A stretch of DNA of 63,256 nucleotides, filler included, from Octopus bimaculoides (taxonomy: Eukaryota): assembly GCF_001194135.2 (NCBI RefSeq). It is 5 parts of 4 records of this genome, joined end to end, with 100 filler letters (N's around TTAATTAATTAA, not from the genome) between each part and the next. Parts side by side here need not be neighbours in the genome. Positions count along the whole stretch, not along the records: positions 1 to 20,279 come from NC_068981.1; 4 more parts are not named here. One strand, given 5' to 3'. The notes beneath the pieces were generated by a model. That model was not told the origin of the DNA, did not search any database, and saw only the letters and a program-made list of their open reading frames with translations. Positions 1 to 14,422 of the stretch are shown piece by piece. Made by a program: the position numbers and the translations under genes. Within the stretch, counting starts at the first letter, position 1. Each line of letters opens with the position of its first letter.

Positions 1-3000
1 ATATATAGCTGTCATGAAAAGTCAACGTCATCAATATTGAATCTACCTTCTACGACAAGTTGAATATATTGTAATTCCCTATCCTACGTATCCATCTGCA
101 CACTAAATATGCTCAATCCACCTGCAAAATATTGATATCTGCTGTCTCAGAAATTTGAAAGTACCAACAATTTGGGTTGATCAACAAGCTTCTTTCAGAA
201 AACAGTGTACTTAAAATTTCAAAATACCCTCAGCAATATACTCAGTGTCAATAAATATAACCTTCAAAGTACATTCAACAGAACATAACATACTTAGGAA
301 ATACTTTTATTCATTCAACATTCATTTAAAAGTATTATATTTAGATGCTCTAAGGGGTACAAATTGCATTTTAAATGCTGTTAAACGTCTTTGCTCGTGA
401 AAAAAGAAAAAAATAATTGTATTGCAACTAATATTTTATTAACATGAAATTTTCAACTTAAAACAAGCATTTAAACATTTTTAAGCTTATATCAGCTGGC
501 GCTCAGTATTTGAACACACATTTAATTTACGTAATTTGCATATTTGGCGCAATTTTCAAGATGTCATTTTACCTATATGACCTAAGGATTATAAAAAAAC
601 TGAGCACTGTGGAACAAACACACGCTCGCGAAAAGAACACATGACTCCTCATTTCTCAACTGGCACATATCTTTAGATATATTGCATCAGTTATGTATTT
701 ATAAAATACAAATAGGCAGTTTGACATTAAATTTCCTATGAATAGAAGAATAACGCATTCCGATAATTTCTCCATAGAGTTTAAACAGTTAGCTTTGTGG
801 ATTTGTGAACAGAAATAAATTATAAAGTAATTGACAATGTTTAAATTAACAAAGGTACAATATCTGCACAAGTATAATTATTAACGTCATCACGATTAAT
901 AATGTCCATTAATATTTTATTTAATCGGTTAAATTATCCATTTTTGTGATTTAAATTACGAAACTCTGAATATAAATATAAATCCCGAAGTTTTTATCCT
1001 GTGGTGCATGCAGATTACAACATGTGCTTACGAATAAATGCCAATTTAGATTCGTGAATGGTTAAATGCACAAGAATCATACATATATTTGAGGGAGAGA
1101 GTGAGAAAGCAAGATTGAAAGAGCAAATGCAGGCAGGGAAGGAAACAGAGAGAGTGAGAGAGAGAGAAAAAAAAAGGTAAAATATGAGAGCGAGAGAGAG
1201 AAAAGGTAAAACATGAGAGAGAGAGAGAGAGNNNNNNNNNNNNNNNNNNNNNNNNNNNNNNNNNNNNNNNNNNNNNNNNNNNNNNNNNNNNNNNNNNNNN
1301 NNNNNNNNNNNNNNNNNNNNNNNNNNNNNNNNNNNNNNNNNNNNNNNNNNNNNNNNNNNNNNNNNNNNNNNNNNNNNNNNNNTTGTTTTATGTAGAAATA
1401 TATTAAGGTAATGATTCGTAGCTATTACCTATTTGAAATCAAACATTTATTTAAGTAGTTTTTAAGTAAAACTTATTTTGAAATACACCAAGGGAATTAA
1501 CAAGACTTATTTACATTTACATATAAATATAAATGGATCTACTTTTACTGAGATCTTTTAAGTAGCATTTCGGTGCGCATTTCTAAAATGCTGTGGAGCG
1601 ACTATTACATATGTTTCGATTCCCGAGGTATTTATGAGTCTGAGTGTATGTGCGCTGACGTGTGTATGTGTGTGTGTGTGTGTGTTTGTGTGTGTATGTG
1701 CATGTGTGTTTGTGTGTGTGTGTGTGTGTGTGCGTGTGTGTGTGTGTGTGTGTGCGTGTGATAGAGAGAGATAGTGATTGTTTGAGTGTGCGCGTATGTA
1801 TTTATGTATAGATATATATACAAATATATACACAGACAGACACACACACACATGTTTATATATATATATACACACACACACACTCACACACACACATACA
1901 CACACACACACACATATATGTGTATACATATATGCATTTGTATCAATCTGTTTATATATATATGCAATTATATACAGACAAGCACACACACATCACACAC
2001 ACGTACATACAGGCATAGAAAAACAAACAAATACATGTGCACGCAACTATGATCCAATGCAGCGGTATAAATGGTTTTACGTTTCTTTTGGTATGAGTGA
2101 TTTTATGCATTTATTTAATATCTTCGCATTTTGACCAGTAATTTAATTAAAGAAATATTAGCTTTTGAGCAACTTTATGAAAATATATCAACTTTAGACA
2201 ATTATTGTCTTCTGATTATCACTCCTTCTAATTTAGAATTTGATCAAATTACCATTCCGTAACCGTGTCAGTATGTAGAAACTGGGATAGTTTGTAAATA
2301 AATCCGTAATTTATTTGTATGTTAACTGGTCTAAATGGATACCGTGTAGCTATCTATTTATGTATCAATAGTAAGATGGTGTGTATGTATATATATCTGT
2401 CCGTGCGTCTGGATGTCTGTGTGCGCACCCATATATATTTAATATTTTGTAATATATATAATATTTTATATTATAAAGGCATGTCTACACAAGACGTTAC
2501 CTTTAGTACTCTTTTTAAAGAAAAAATATTTCATAGACATTTATTTTAACTTTCGGTTTCAACATCGACACTTGCTGGTCGAAATTTTCCTGTTGCCTTT
2601 TCAAACTATTACTTAAGGACAGGAGTATGTACACTTGATTCATAAGAAGTAGCTACAGAAATTGCATACTTTAATGCCCACATAAACATTGGTTATAAAT
2701 CTAAGACTCCCGTGAAACATGAATGTGTATGAAACGCAGTTAACTCCATTCTGGTATTTATATAATTACAATTGCATGGCAAACATCGAATCACATAAGC
2801 TTAGTAGTTCTTTGCAGTTCTAGACAACAATACGACATGTACAATTTAATGAGAATTATTATTCCTTGAAATGGAACGGTTTATAAGGAGTACAGAAATT
2901 TGCCCATGATAAGCATCCCGAAATTGAAGGATGACATTGTCTATCACACAGCCACCAAGCGCTATGTTTCTCAAACTGCAGCTTTACTCTCGAAACAACG

Positions 3001-3194
3001 GGTTTGGTAAAAATATTGTTAAATCATCCCATTTCTCAATATTTAATAAACATAACCGTACACTTCAAATTATTTGGGGAAAACATTTAGTATTCTTTAA
3101 ATATATGCATGTCGCACATTCTGTCCTGTGCTTTACAAATGTGAATGTCTTACAAGGTCCTGCATAAACATAGATACGTACGTACAAACGCGCG

Positions 3195-4185
3195 CAATTT
3201 TGGGTTGCATTGCTTCATCATTGCCGTTCTTGTCGTCTCAGGAGATTTCGTGGGAAATCTCCATTATTTCAACAAATGTCGCATTGTCCAAATTGAACCG
3301 GCTGATATTGATCAAATCTCAGGTTGGCTCGTGGTCGCAGCATACCACTGACGCTCCTTGCTGCTCTAAAACTTCCGAGTGTCCTTCTTTGCAGCATTAC
3401 TAATGGAACGAATTCCGCTCCACTTTGTTGTAACTCCAAATCTTAGCTTTGCAAGTAAAACAGACAGCGCACTTCATTTCGTTCACAACGTGTCTGCCAG
3501 ACCGATTTCTACACTACTGTACCAGTTCCTGGTATTTGGCACGCTTCCTTTCATGAGAGTCACCAGTGTGCACTCCACACAAAGTATAGACAGTTGATAT
3601 ACTTGCTGATCTGTTTTGTAGATGTTGAGATTACTATGCCTGTGCGAATGAAACTTATGTTGAAATTATCAAAATCTCGGACGAAATCGCCTGAGACCAC
3701 AAGAAGGGCAATGATGATGCAAGTTATCCCCAACATTGTGTGTGTGTGTGTGTATGTGTGTCTGAGTGTGTGTCCAAGTGCGTGTGTACATATGATGTGA
3801 TCTGAGAATTTTAACTGTTCCACGTGACCTATGTCACCTGCCAGCTTGAGGCTCCGGAAAGTAGGCAAGCTCGTTGAAATGTCAATGAGTAGGACATCAC
3901 TCTGGCTCTGAGAAAAGTGATGATCTATTTCCTGGAATGGTAATTACTGAGGTGACTGATAACAACTGCCTTGGGTATGTGGTCACATTACCAGCGATTG
4001 CAGCCATTGGCTAAGTCTCCCAGATAGCTACTGATACGATATTGAAGAGACACTCTTTCAGCAAAAGAAGGTAACAGGACAGTTTTGCTCCTCTTTCTCA
4101 ATGTGTGAAGTTTTATTGGACTTGTTACAGTATCGTGCACTGCCAGGAAAGTGAAAACTGAAAAATTACGATAACAAGAGATCCA
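3195..4185 (-). mobile_element. Degenerate HERO-like non-LTR retrotransposon, 3' part (CCHC/RLE endonuclease region plus 3' UTR)
   Basis: Minus-strand translation across stops and frameshifts gives VHDTVTSPIKLHT, LANGCNRW*CDHIPKAV, LAGDIGHVEQLKFSDHI, RTGIVISTSTKQ, SHERKRAKYQELVQ*C and WQTRCERNEVRC. These match, from memory, HERO-clade C-terminal motifs (VYDVLPSPSNLHTW; GRYRWRHDQVLKA; QLKFPDHI..RPDIV; AHERKRAKYQELV..C; WRTRCEPIEVGC). Confidence 0.75.
3645..3790 (+). mobile_element. Short 3'-end copy of the same HERO-like family inserted antisense inside the element, with a (TG)n tail
   Basis: 3645-3737 is a diverged inverted copy of 3199-3290. It interrupts the HERO ORF between FSDHI and RTGIVI and is followed by (TG)n. 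Confidence 0.55.
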
Positions 4186-4247
4186 CACACACAAACAGAG
4201 ACACAAAGACACACATATCTATACTTATATACAAACATGCATAGAAT

Positions 4248-4880
4248 AAACAAAATGATGGGTCAAGGCCTCAAGTACGCCCCCACTATTATCATCAGCA
4301 ATTACAAGCTGTAGATCGTCCAACAATTCACCTATCTCAGTTCTACCATTGTTGAAGACCTCTCCCTGGAACCTAAGATCAATAAGCGAATCAAACAAGC
4401 ATATTTCACATTTGCTAGGGTCACAAAGACGATCTGGGGGAGAAAAAAAAACTGGCTGAAAATACCAAAATTGCTGTGTATAAGGCTTGCCTCCTTAGTT
4501 CGCTACTTCACTGCAGTGAGATGTTGAGACTATACTCTAGACAGGAGCAGCATCTCAGCGTCATTCAGCTTCATAGTTTGAGACGCATCTTGGATATCAA
4601 GTGGATCGATGACATCACCATCACCGAAGTCCTCGACCAATCCTAGATACCCAGTATACACATTGTGCTCTACTAGCGCTTTTTGCGTTGGCTTGGTTAC
4701 GTTCATCGCATCCCAGACGGAGAGTTCCCAAAAGTACACCTGTATGGAAAATTGGCCACGAGAACGACCTCATCTTCGATTCAGAACGTTTGTAAGAGGG
4801 ATATGAAGTCGCTGATCTGGACGTCTTGGAATAGGAGGCGGTTGCAAATGATCGTCCACACTGGAGGCAAACGCACCAAA
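4248..4880 (+). mobile_element. RTE-clade LINE fragment (RT C-terminus), degenerate
   Basis: Translates to QQFTYLSSTIVEDLSLEPKINKRIKQA, TKIAVYKACLLSSLLHCSE, RRILDIKWIDDITITEVLD, RWLGYVHRIPDGEFPKVHLYGKLAT, NVCKRDMK, which is the typical RTE/BovB signature. Contains stops and frameshifts. Confidence 0.9.
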
Positions 4881-7800
4881 AGGGTATGTTTGAATGTGCG
4901 TACATATTTTCATATTATATGGATGCATGCATATGCCACGAAATTTTATTACATCTATGATTATATATATGTGAGTGTGTGAGCATGCGTTGATATTCAT
5001 GATTGTTAGTGTACATGTGTAACATTTTGAACTCAGAAACTTTGCTGGCCGAACGAACGAATTATAAATAGTATAATCCCATAAAAGAATTTTAAAATCA
5101 CGTTGGGAAATTTTGGTAAGAGGATCACACGGATTACCCACCCCTATCAAATTATCACAAATAAATGTTGATCTTAATTGAATTTATTCAGTTTCCGGTG
5201 GAATAGAATGTAGATATGCTAAAAAGGTTATTAAAATAACTCTATTATCTAAGGAGGGATAACATTAAATTCTTCACAACATATATCAAGTTAAAAAAAC
5301 GAAAGAACGAACGTAAAATATTATAGGATAGTCACGGAATAAAATAAAATAACCGAAACAAAAATGTAGAAAGAGTGCAAAAGAAGTGAAAGTGTAGTAA
5401 TGATTGAGGCAGTTCTTGCAATTCAACGAAAACAGTTATAGAATAATGCATGGAAAAGAACGCACTATCTAATCTCTTCTGGATGACCTACAATTATTTG
5501 ACAATACGTGTATAAAAGTTGCATATTTTTACATAGATATAGTGGCCACATGAATCCAAATTCGGCTTAAGCCATTTAAATAAATGAGAAACATATACCG
5601 TCATAGAAACATGTTGCAAGAAACAACTAAAATCTTTTTGAGTGGGAGTTGACGTTCGTTGAGAGATTTAAGACACGCTTTATTTTATTAAGTTTTATGC
5701 AATTAGGAAATCAAACGCGTATTCAAATACACGATTACTAAAACTAACACTACTCTCAAGTTGACACTTTAATTTAATGAATTGATAAGTGAACAATGCA
5801 TTATATAACTCATGCGACACATGGAGTAAAACATGCACGAAATTATGATGTACATTCCAACGTGCACTCTTAAAATATTTGACAGACGTTTAAAAACGTT
5901 TATCCTTAAATGTTTTGTATGCTATTTTAATTGTATTTTGCAGTTAGATGAGGGAGTGCCAAATCTTATTCTGCATCGCTTTAAAGTATGTAAGAGCATT
6001 TTATCTCTTATTTCTAGCATTGTATGGGTTTCTTAACACCTCAGTCACAGTTAGTGATAATTATAATGCTCCTTTTTTGTGAAACATTGCAACCTGCTGT
6101 TTATATTAATTTTATATCTATATATGTATGAATCTATGTACCTTAGAATACAATATGGTGTGCACTGAAATAATACATACAGTTGATCTAGCGATGATAT
6201 GAAGACTAGAATGTTTAATATCCTAAATAAACTGAATTTACTAATAACTTATAAAGATAACAGCCGTTGTATCAAATATATCATCTAAAAAATACAATTG
6301 TTGGATAATATATAGTCGCTAAATTTATCTGATCTAAAACTGCATATCAGTTAATGGAGAAAGGAAATGCTGCACGAGGTTTAAAAGTGTTAATGCTCGC
6401 GTTTAGTTGAGATTTCCATAAGGATGAAAGTCATTTGAGCGTATATATCAAGTGCCTGAAGAACACCAAATCAGCTATTTTGAGAGGAATCCTTAAATTG
6501 TAAACTATAATTATTCACTAAATACAAGGAGAACATTTATAATTCTATTAGTATAAACGTAATATAAAAGTTATATCGCCACAGCAGATGAACGACATAA
6601 TTAGAATATGAGGAGTAAAAAATAATGTTTCCTAAATTTCAAAGGGAGTACGGCAGCCTTATTTTCTGTGAAATATTGTTGCTGTTTGACATGCATAGTT
6701 CCTTTTATTGGATACAGAATGCAAAGTAGAAAGACTCATGTAGATCCAAATTTTACGTATTTTAATAGTTACACAAAGTCCCTACATAGTAAATAATATT
6801 TCTCAAATCTGCATATCATGCAAAATGTATTCTAATTGAAGGTGAATGGCCACATATTTTCAAGTGTAACATCGACCGAATCGCAGCAGTGTTTTACTCG
6901 TAGTTATTGTTGCAACGCCAGAAAATTGGATGTTAAAGTATACATCGTTGGCACATGTTAGAGTATACATCGTCACAACATGCCACACACCGACTCCGCA
7001 AATCCCTTATTCTTCAGAATCGAGTCTCTGTCGTACACAAACGCAGAGTACTTTAGAGAAATGTTATGCACTTAAATAGCGGAAGTCGTATTCGAAATAT
7101 CGCCAATCTAAAACAATCATTCAAATATATTCAATGCTACATAAATATTCTACTTATTCATACGTATATATGCGCATACGCACAAACACGTACACACACA
7201 AACACACACACACCATCACACACACACATACACACGCACGAACAAACAAAACACATGCACAGGGGCGCACACATAGATTGACAGTAATTCATGCATACTA
7301 CGTATGTACATATCAGATTTCTGTGGCCTATGTGTTTATGATTATGTATTGTGACGATCTCCGTCTATGTGAACGTCTTTAAGAAAACGACGTAAAATGA
7401 ACTCTACAGGTTTCGGATTTACTCTTATTTATCGGATTTCTCCTGGCGTTTTCTATGATATTCTCTAATTTAATACTTTTATCGCTACAATGTTTTACGT
7501 TAGCTATAGAAAATCTAACTGATTTACTGACATATTTACACGGCGAGTTGTGTTTACGGTACACTACCACAAAACACACATTCACTGTCATACACAGACA
7601 CACACACACACNNNNNNNNNNNNNNNNNNNNNNNNNNNNNNNNNNNNNNNNNNNNNNNNNNNNNNNNNNNNNNNNNNNNNNNNNNNNNNNNNNNNNNNNN
7701 NNNNNNNNNNNNNNNNNNNNNNNNNNNNNNNNNNNNNNNNNNNNNNNNNNNNNNNNNNNNNNNNNNNNNNNNNNNNNNNNNNNNNNNNNNNNNNNNNNNN

Positions 7801-7974
7801 NNNNNNNNNNNNNATGTATATGTATAAATACAAATACACTTATTCATATAGATTTCAAAGTAAATGAAACATTATTATGATTTCGAATTTTAGTCAAGAA
7901 AGCGAGGAAGACATTGAAAAGTAAATAGGAAAATGAAAGCAACATTTTTCAGGAATGTACCTTATTTTAAACGT

Positions 7975-8042
7975 GGAGTAGCAGCAGTATCAATAGCAGT
8001 GGCAGTAGTAGTTGCAGCAGCAGCAGCAGCAGTAGCAGCAGC

Positions 8043-8095
<53 letters not shown>

Positions 8096-8220
8096 AAGTA
8101 GTAGTAGTAGTTGCAGCAGCAGTAGTATTAGTGTTTGCGGTTGTGGTCGTAGTGGTGCTGGTGACGGCGATGTTTTTGTTAATGATTGTGTTCGTGGTGG
8201 TCGTGGCTGTCGTGGTATGC
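7975..8220. repeat. Compound (GCA)n/(GTA)n/(GTG)n microsatellite
   Basis: Visible trinucleotide runs; they account for the poly-V/T ORFs in the track. Confidence 0.95.
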
Positions 8221-8735
8221 ATGAAATGCATTCATGCTACGTTCAGTTTGGGAATTGATTAAACGACAGTGAAAACCAGAAGAGAGTATAAACCTTGAAA
8301 AGAGAATGTTATAAAAACAAGATACACGTATGCGTCTGCGCGCGTGTGCATGTCCGCGCGTACGTGCATGTGTGTGTGTGTGGGGGGGGGGTGTATGCAC
8401 TTTTAGAAGAAGGAACTTTTAGAATTGAGGAACAAAACTGAATAATTGTGGAGTCCAACAAACAAGTAATTGCAGAGTCCAACAAAGAAGGGTAATGTGA
8501 TGAAGTTGAATGATGAATAATAATAAAATAAAGGCGATTCATATTGAAGGAAATAGAGGTTGTGGAATATATTTTATAAATTTAATTTAACTGTTAATAT
8601 TCTGTCGTTATTTTTATTTTTATTTTTCCACAATTTCGTTCCCCGAAATCATTTTAGATGCTATCGCTGATGTGTATAAACGTTACTCGGTTGTTTATTT
8701 TGTTGGTTGATTGGTTGGTTGGTTGGTTGGTTGTG

Positions 8736-8772
<37 letters not shown>

Positions 8773-9099
8773 GCTTGCTTTGTTAGTTGATTGGCCGGTT
8801 GCATTGTTTGTTGATTGGTTGGCTAGTAGTTTAGTAGTTTTAATGATCTCTGCAGGTACATCATACATCGTATTGAGAGAAGGAGGAAATAACAGAGATA
8901 AGTGATTTTACGTAAGATGCGAAAAAAAGATGTCATTGACAAGGGAGAGGCAGATGACTAAATCTCAGACTACTTCGCGTGGTTAAATGCTTGTGTGAAC
9001 GGATGATGTGGCATTCTAACAAATACAACGGAGATAAGTAAATACATATTATAGAATATCACACTATCACCACCTATTGGCCTGTCTCACTTTCTCTCT

Positions 9100-9146
<47 letters not shown>

Positions 9147-11772
9147 CCTTTATATATATATATATATATTCGAAGAGAAAGAGGACAGAGAGAATGAAAG
9201 AGAGGGAGTGACAGAGAGGTGAAGAAAGAGAGAGAGAGGGAGAACGGGAGAACGAGAAAAAGAGTTCGATTCTTCTAAATGAAAAATACACGTTTGAATG
9301 AAATGTTGCAATAATTTCCGTTAGAATAGATTGCAATAATATTCATAAAATTTAGAAATATATATCTTGATAGGTGGTTGATGCTATTCTATGGTTCATT
9401 TCTAATATTGCGAATGCTGTTTTTATTTTTTAACATCGACATTTTTTTCCCCATTTCTTCCTAATTCGTCTGCGTAAAACATCAACAGTATGTAATGTAT
9501 ACTATCTAAAAATCATATTTCTGAAAATATCACTTACAAATATATATTTTAAGGAATACAACGCAAAAAGAGAATCGGATTTAAATAATACATTTGATTA
9601 TGAAGGTTAATTACTAAATGAATGTCATATAAAATATATTTGTGAAGAATAAAAACAATATGCATTAAAATTTCTGTTTCTATGCGATAGGTGTATAACA
9701 TTTTCATTGTGGACGACAGAAGGGGCGGAAATATGTCCACCCGACTTATTTGGCATAGCATCTAAATGATTTCGGTTTTCGAATGGTGAATGATTAACAA
9801 AATATATAACATTAAATTATCATACTTTTCGTCTAGATTTGTATTCCTATTCAATTAAGAGAAGTACAGCTTCATTAGCAATACAAAAAGGAAACAGCTT
9901 GTATATACTGTCTAATCAAGTAGGTTGCATTTACATTTTTTAGACAATGCCTTTGATTGAAATGAAGGCTACTAATGTATATATTGAAAGATTTCCAATT
10001 CATTCATGAAACGAGACAATAGTTGAACAGAAGCAAACCACGTAAAATCGTTTGTCTCTATAAACGATGTGACCATGAGAAATTTGATATAAGTTAAATT
10101 ATAAATGTTTTGTGCATGTCATATTTCTTGGTAATAATAAATGTGGCAAAAGTATCCTTCTAAATTCACCACGATATGGCGAATAACATTCTCGTATATG
10201 ATAATACTGTAGGAGAAATGCGAAATAATTATAAAAGATTATACAGTATTTTATTGCTTTTAATTTAGTCAACACAAATTTGGGATATTTTATATATATA
10301 ATATTTAGAGCAACCTATTTATTCATTTGAATTAAATCTAAGTTCCTACGCCAGATGCGTTTGTATCAGTGAAATGTTTACTGATAAATTTTGAATATAA
10401 ATGTTAGTTATATAGAACTCATCATTTATTTTTTTTTTCATAGGAAGAAGGCAGTTCATCGTAAGCTTGCTACGTACCTATAAATCATCTAATCTACCCA
10501 AGTAAATTCTCAAAAGTCTGTTAAGTAATGATAAAGATTACCATCCTTGTTTTCCATTGAGGGTTTTAAAGATAATTCTGTATGTCGTAATTCTCTATGT
10601 CGTAAAGTATGTATGTTTTAAAGCATAATTTTGTATGTCGTAAAGCATTAGTCGAGAAGAAGTTAAGCATTCAATTCAGCTAACTCAAACTCCAGCCACG
10701 AGGAAGATCATACCATACAGACTATAAATGGGAGCACAATTTTAAGATTATTACACAAAGAAAACTCCACCACACACAATAGCACAAAATCTAAATTCAA
10801 AATAATTTTTGATGTAAAAGCACAACAACTTATATTTAAGATGAGCAAGTAGTTGATTAAACTGATTCGAGTATTTAGATACTATAGTATTTTATTGATT
10901 CGGAAAGAAGAAATGGTCACATTTTCTCAATAGGTTTCAAATATAAAATTAAAATGTCGGAATAAACATCGGAGAGGCATTTCATCAGACACAGTAACTT
11001 AACACAACAAGTATGCACATCCAACTTATACCTATTACTAATCTACGGCAAGCAATAACCAACACTACCTTCAAGACATATTCAACTGAGGTTGCACATG
11101 TAGCATCTAAATTTCCTAAACAATCGCCAGAAAAATAAGGAGTAACAATCTCTGCTATTATGGAAATCTTCCATGTTTTCATTCACTAGATTACTCCCCA
11201 ACTGAAAATAAGACACTACGGCTATTATACACAAAGTCTGTACAAGCCGAGCATAAATTTTGTGGGAATATAATTCTAATTAAGCACCTAAAAACAATCT
11301 AACAATTTCAAATGATACTAGAAATTTTACATATAACCCTTTACGTTTGTATCATTTATGACATCAATTTATGATCGAATAATGATTCATGTTTATATAT
11401 ACTTACAAGCTCAGGATTCAAAAAACATTCTCCCGCACATATGAACTTGTTTGCCTATAAAATGATTTCGTTGAAGATAAATATATAGCAATTGATACCA
11501 GGACATACGTAAGTAGCTGTAGAGCTGATTGATGTTCAAGGGCATACAGAGACACATACGCACACAAGCACACAAATACACACACACATAGACATAAATA
11601 TATATTTTTACGAACGCCCGCGCGCGAAGCACCTCGATGAATAGAAAACTCTCGCGCGCGCGAACGTCGACGCTCGGTGAGTCGGGATATTCGACACGAC
11701 TAAGCACAGCGGGAGCACGTAACGAAGACAACAGGCAAAAGGAGGAAGAAATAACACGGAGACCATACGTTG

Positions 11773-12583
11773 TGTAGTGGAACTAACTTCTTTCTTTTTA
11801 CATCAGACAATACATAACAGAGCATAAAAATAAATTCAATAGCATTTAACAAAGGTTTCAGAACATTGCATAATCAAAATTTACAATCAAGAGTTCATAT
11901 ATCAAGTCGAATTAAAAGTTCTTTCACTTCGTTGTTTTTCTTTTCGATTAACATGTCGCATCAAAGTTCTTTTCTTTTCTTTTCCACCCGTTAACATCAC
12001 AGTTAACGAAGTCCTTTTCTTCTTTCAAAACAGGTACCGACAAGTACACTTTTAAAGAATATTTAAACAAACCTTCACCGCACGAATTTCCTCTCTTTCA
12101 AAACTCCTACTACAATCCAAGAAGTGACCAACTACAATCTTTTTTTCTTTCGCCTGCCACGCAGTTCCATCTCTCTGATACCTCTCTCTGATTGCTTCAG
12201 TCCCTATAGGCTCTCTCTCTCAGCCTCTCTCTGCCAGTCTCTCTGTTCATCTTCACTGGTTGACGTTCTTCATCCAACTCCCTGGCCAACTGCTCTCGTC
12301 AACTGCTTGATACCAACTGCTCTCGCCAACTCGACGATGCCAACTCGTCTGTTCTCGTATTTATCACAAATACCGTAGTTCACAGTGCTACATTCCCCCT
12401 CCACAGCTGGGTCAGTTCAGTACAATTCTTCACTTGTTTTTCTGAACTTTCGCTGACCGGAAAGGGTCAGCGATCACTCCTACGCTAAAAATAGCTGTAC
12501 TTGTTCACAGGACAAAGGAACACCATTGTCCTCAACAACCAGAATACGGTTTCAAACCCAGCTCGGGAGATAGGGATATAACA
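11773..12583 (-). mobile_element. Putative solo LTR
   Basis: The ~810-bp block has TGT...ACA ends, an internal array of CCAACTG(CTCTCG) repeats at 12275-12350 and a composition unlike its flanks. No TSD, PBS or PPT was found. Confidence 0.35.
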
Positions 12584-12719
12584 TTAATTTGTTTTTCGGT
12601 GGTCGCATGAATATCTTTTGAATTTTATCCTGATATGGGTAAATTTTCAAATATTATCCAGATCTTGGTATACGTTACATATTTCTGCGTCAGTGTATAT
12701 AGCTATCGATCTATCGTTG

Positions 12720-12775
<56 letters not shown>

Positions 12776-12785
12776 NNNNNNNNNN

Positions 12786-12839
<54 letters not shown>

Positions 12840-12929
12840 CTTCCTGTATGTTTCTCTCCCTCTCTAAATATATGTGTGTGTGTACGTATATCGTTTTCTG
12901 TACACAAACTCACATGTTCACTCATACAT

Positions 12930-12985
<56 letters not shown>

Positions 12986-14380
12986 ACACACACACACACA
13001 TATATANNNNNNNNNNNNNNNNNNNNNNNNNNNNNNNNNNNNNNNNNNNNNNNNNNNNNNNNNNNNNNNNNNNNNNNNNNNNNNNNNNNNNNNNNNNNNN
13101 NNNNNNNNNNNNNNNNNNNNNNNNNNNNNNNNNNNNNNNNNNNNNNNNNNNNNNNNNNNNNNNNNNNNNNNNNNNNNNNNNNNNNNNNNNNNNNNNNNNN
13201 NNNNNNNNNNNNNNNNNNNNNNNNNNNNNNNNNNNNNNNNATATATATATCGTTCTGTATAGAACAGCCATGTTATAGTAGCCAAAAAATGTTACCGTCT
13301 AATATTGTTACTAGTTATATCACAATAAGAGATTTTAGAACTAGCAACTTTACTCGTTACGAGATCAGCGACTGCCTATCGCTTCTCTCTTCATATATTG
13401 TAATTTGGGATTATTGACTGCCATCTCTAGCAGGCAGGTATACAGTACCGACGACGGATAGAGAACCTGAAACCTTGCTTTACTGGACTTGCCAGGCCGG
13501 AGGCGAGTGATTTGCTCCCTTACTCAAAATATACCAGGCACAAGCTGTGTTAAACAGCTTGAAAAGACGTTTTCCTGGGGTCGAATGGGAAACAAGGGTT
13601 TTTCCTCAATGACCTCAGCTCTTTCGCCTTTTGATGGAAGAGTGTAGTACGAATGTTAGGTATGAATGTCCATATCTGAGTGTAAACCGTGAAGGAAAAT
13701 TAAAATGTTTCAGTAGTGGAAGAGGGCTTTTGGGATCGGAGCTGAACCAATCCCACACATCATTGTGCTGTTTTCTTTTGTTCGTCTAACATGCGCATAC
13801 GTTTGTCATAATTTTTTAAATCTTCATTTTTTAAAATTTATACGTTTTTATCGACACGTGTTTTTGTATCATCCAATCTATTGGCCTCTAGCGGGCAGTA
13901 TAGAATTAAACCAGAAACGTGAAGCTTTGCATGTTTTCTCCTGATGAAAATGTGTTGCCTTTGGATTTCTTGAATGGATTGTACGTTAACGATGTGAAGC
14001 AGCATCCTTTGAAACGTTCGTAGAGATGAGCTAGATTGGACTCTGTTCTGGATACTTTGCAGTTTATTTTTTAATATTTATATTCTTGTAATTTTTTACA
14101 TAGTTATATTTATATTATTTTAGCCCCATTGACTTTATTATTCATTAATCTATTCCATATATTATTCTTCATTCGATTTCACTCGTATTAGCCTTTGACG
14201 TTTTAATACCTTTTATTCATATATATGTATACATTCTATACTGTTGGCCTTTACCATTGGGTGCCGTATTGTTTTAATATATATTTATGTTACATTTTTG
14301 ATAATTTGGAAAATATATAAAGCCGTTTTGACCGATTGGAGCGTTTATTTATTATGCCTTTCAATTTGCACACACAGACA

Positions 14381-14422
<42 letters not shown>

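Noticed and set aside
534-541. Octamer ATTTGCAT as an snRNA distal element
   Set aside because: No snRNA or PSE recognisable downstream.
7455-7560. IFSNLILLSLQCFTLAIE resembling an ion-channel S1 helix
   Set aside because: Short hydrophobic match in AT-rich DNA with no convincing exon boundaries or further domains.
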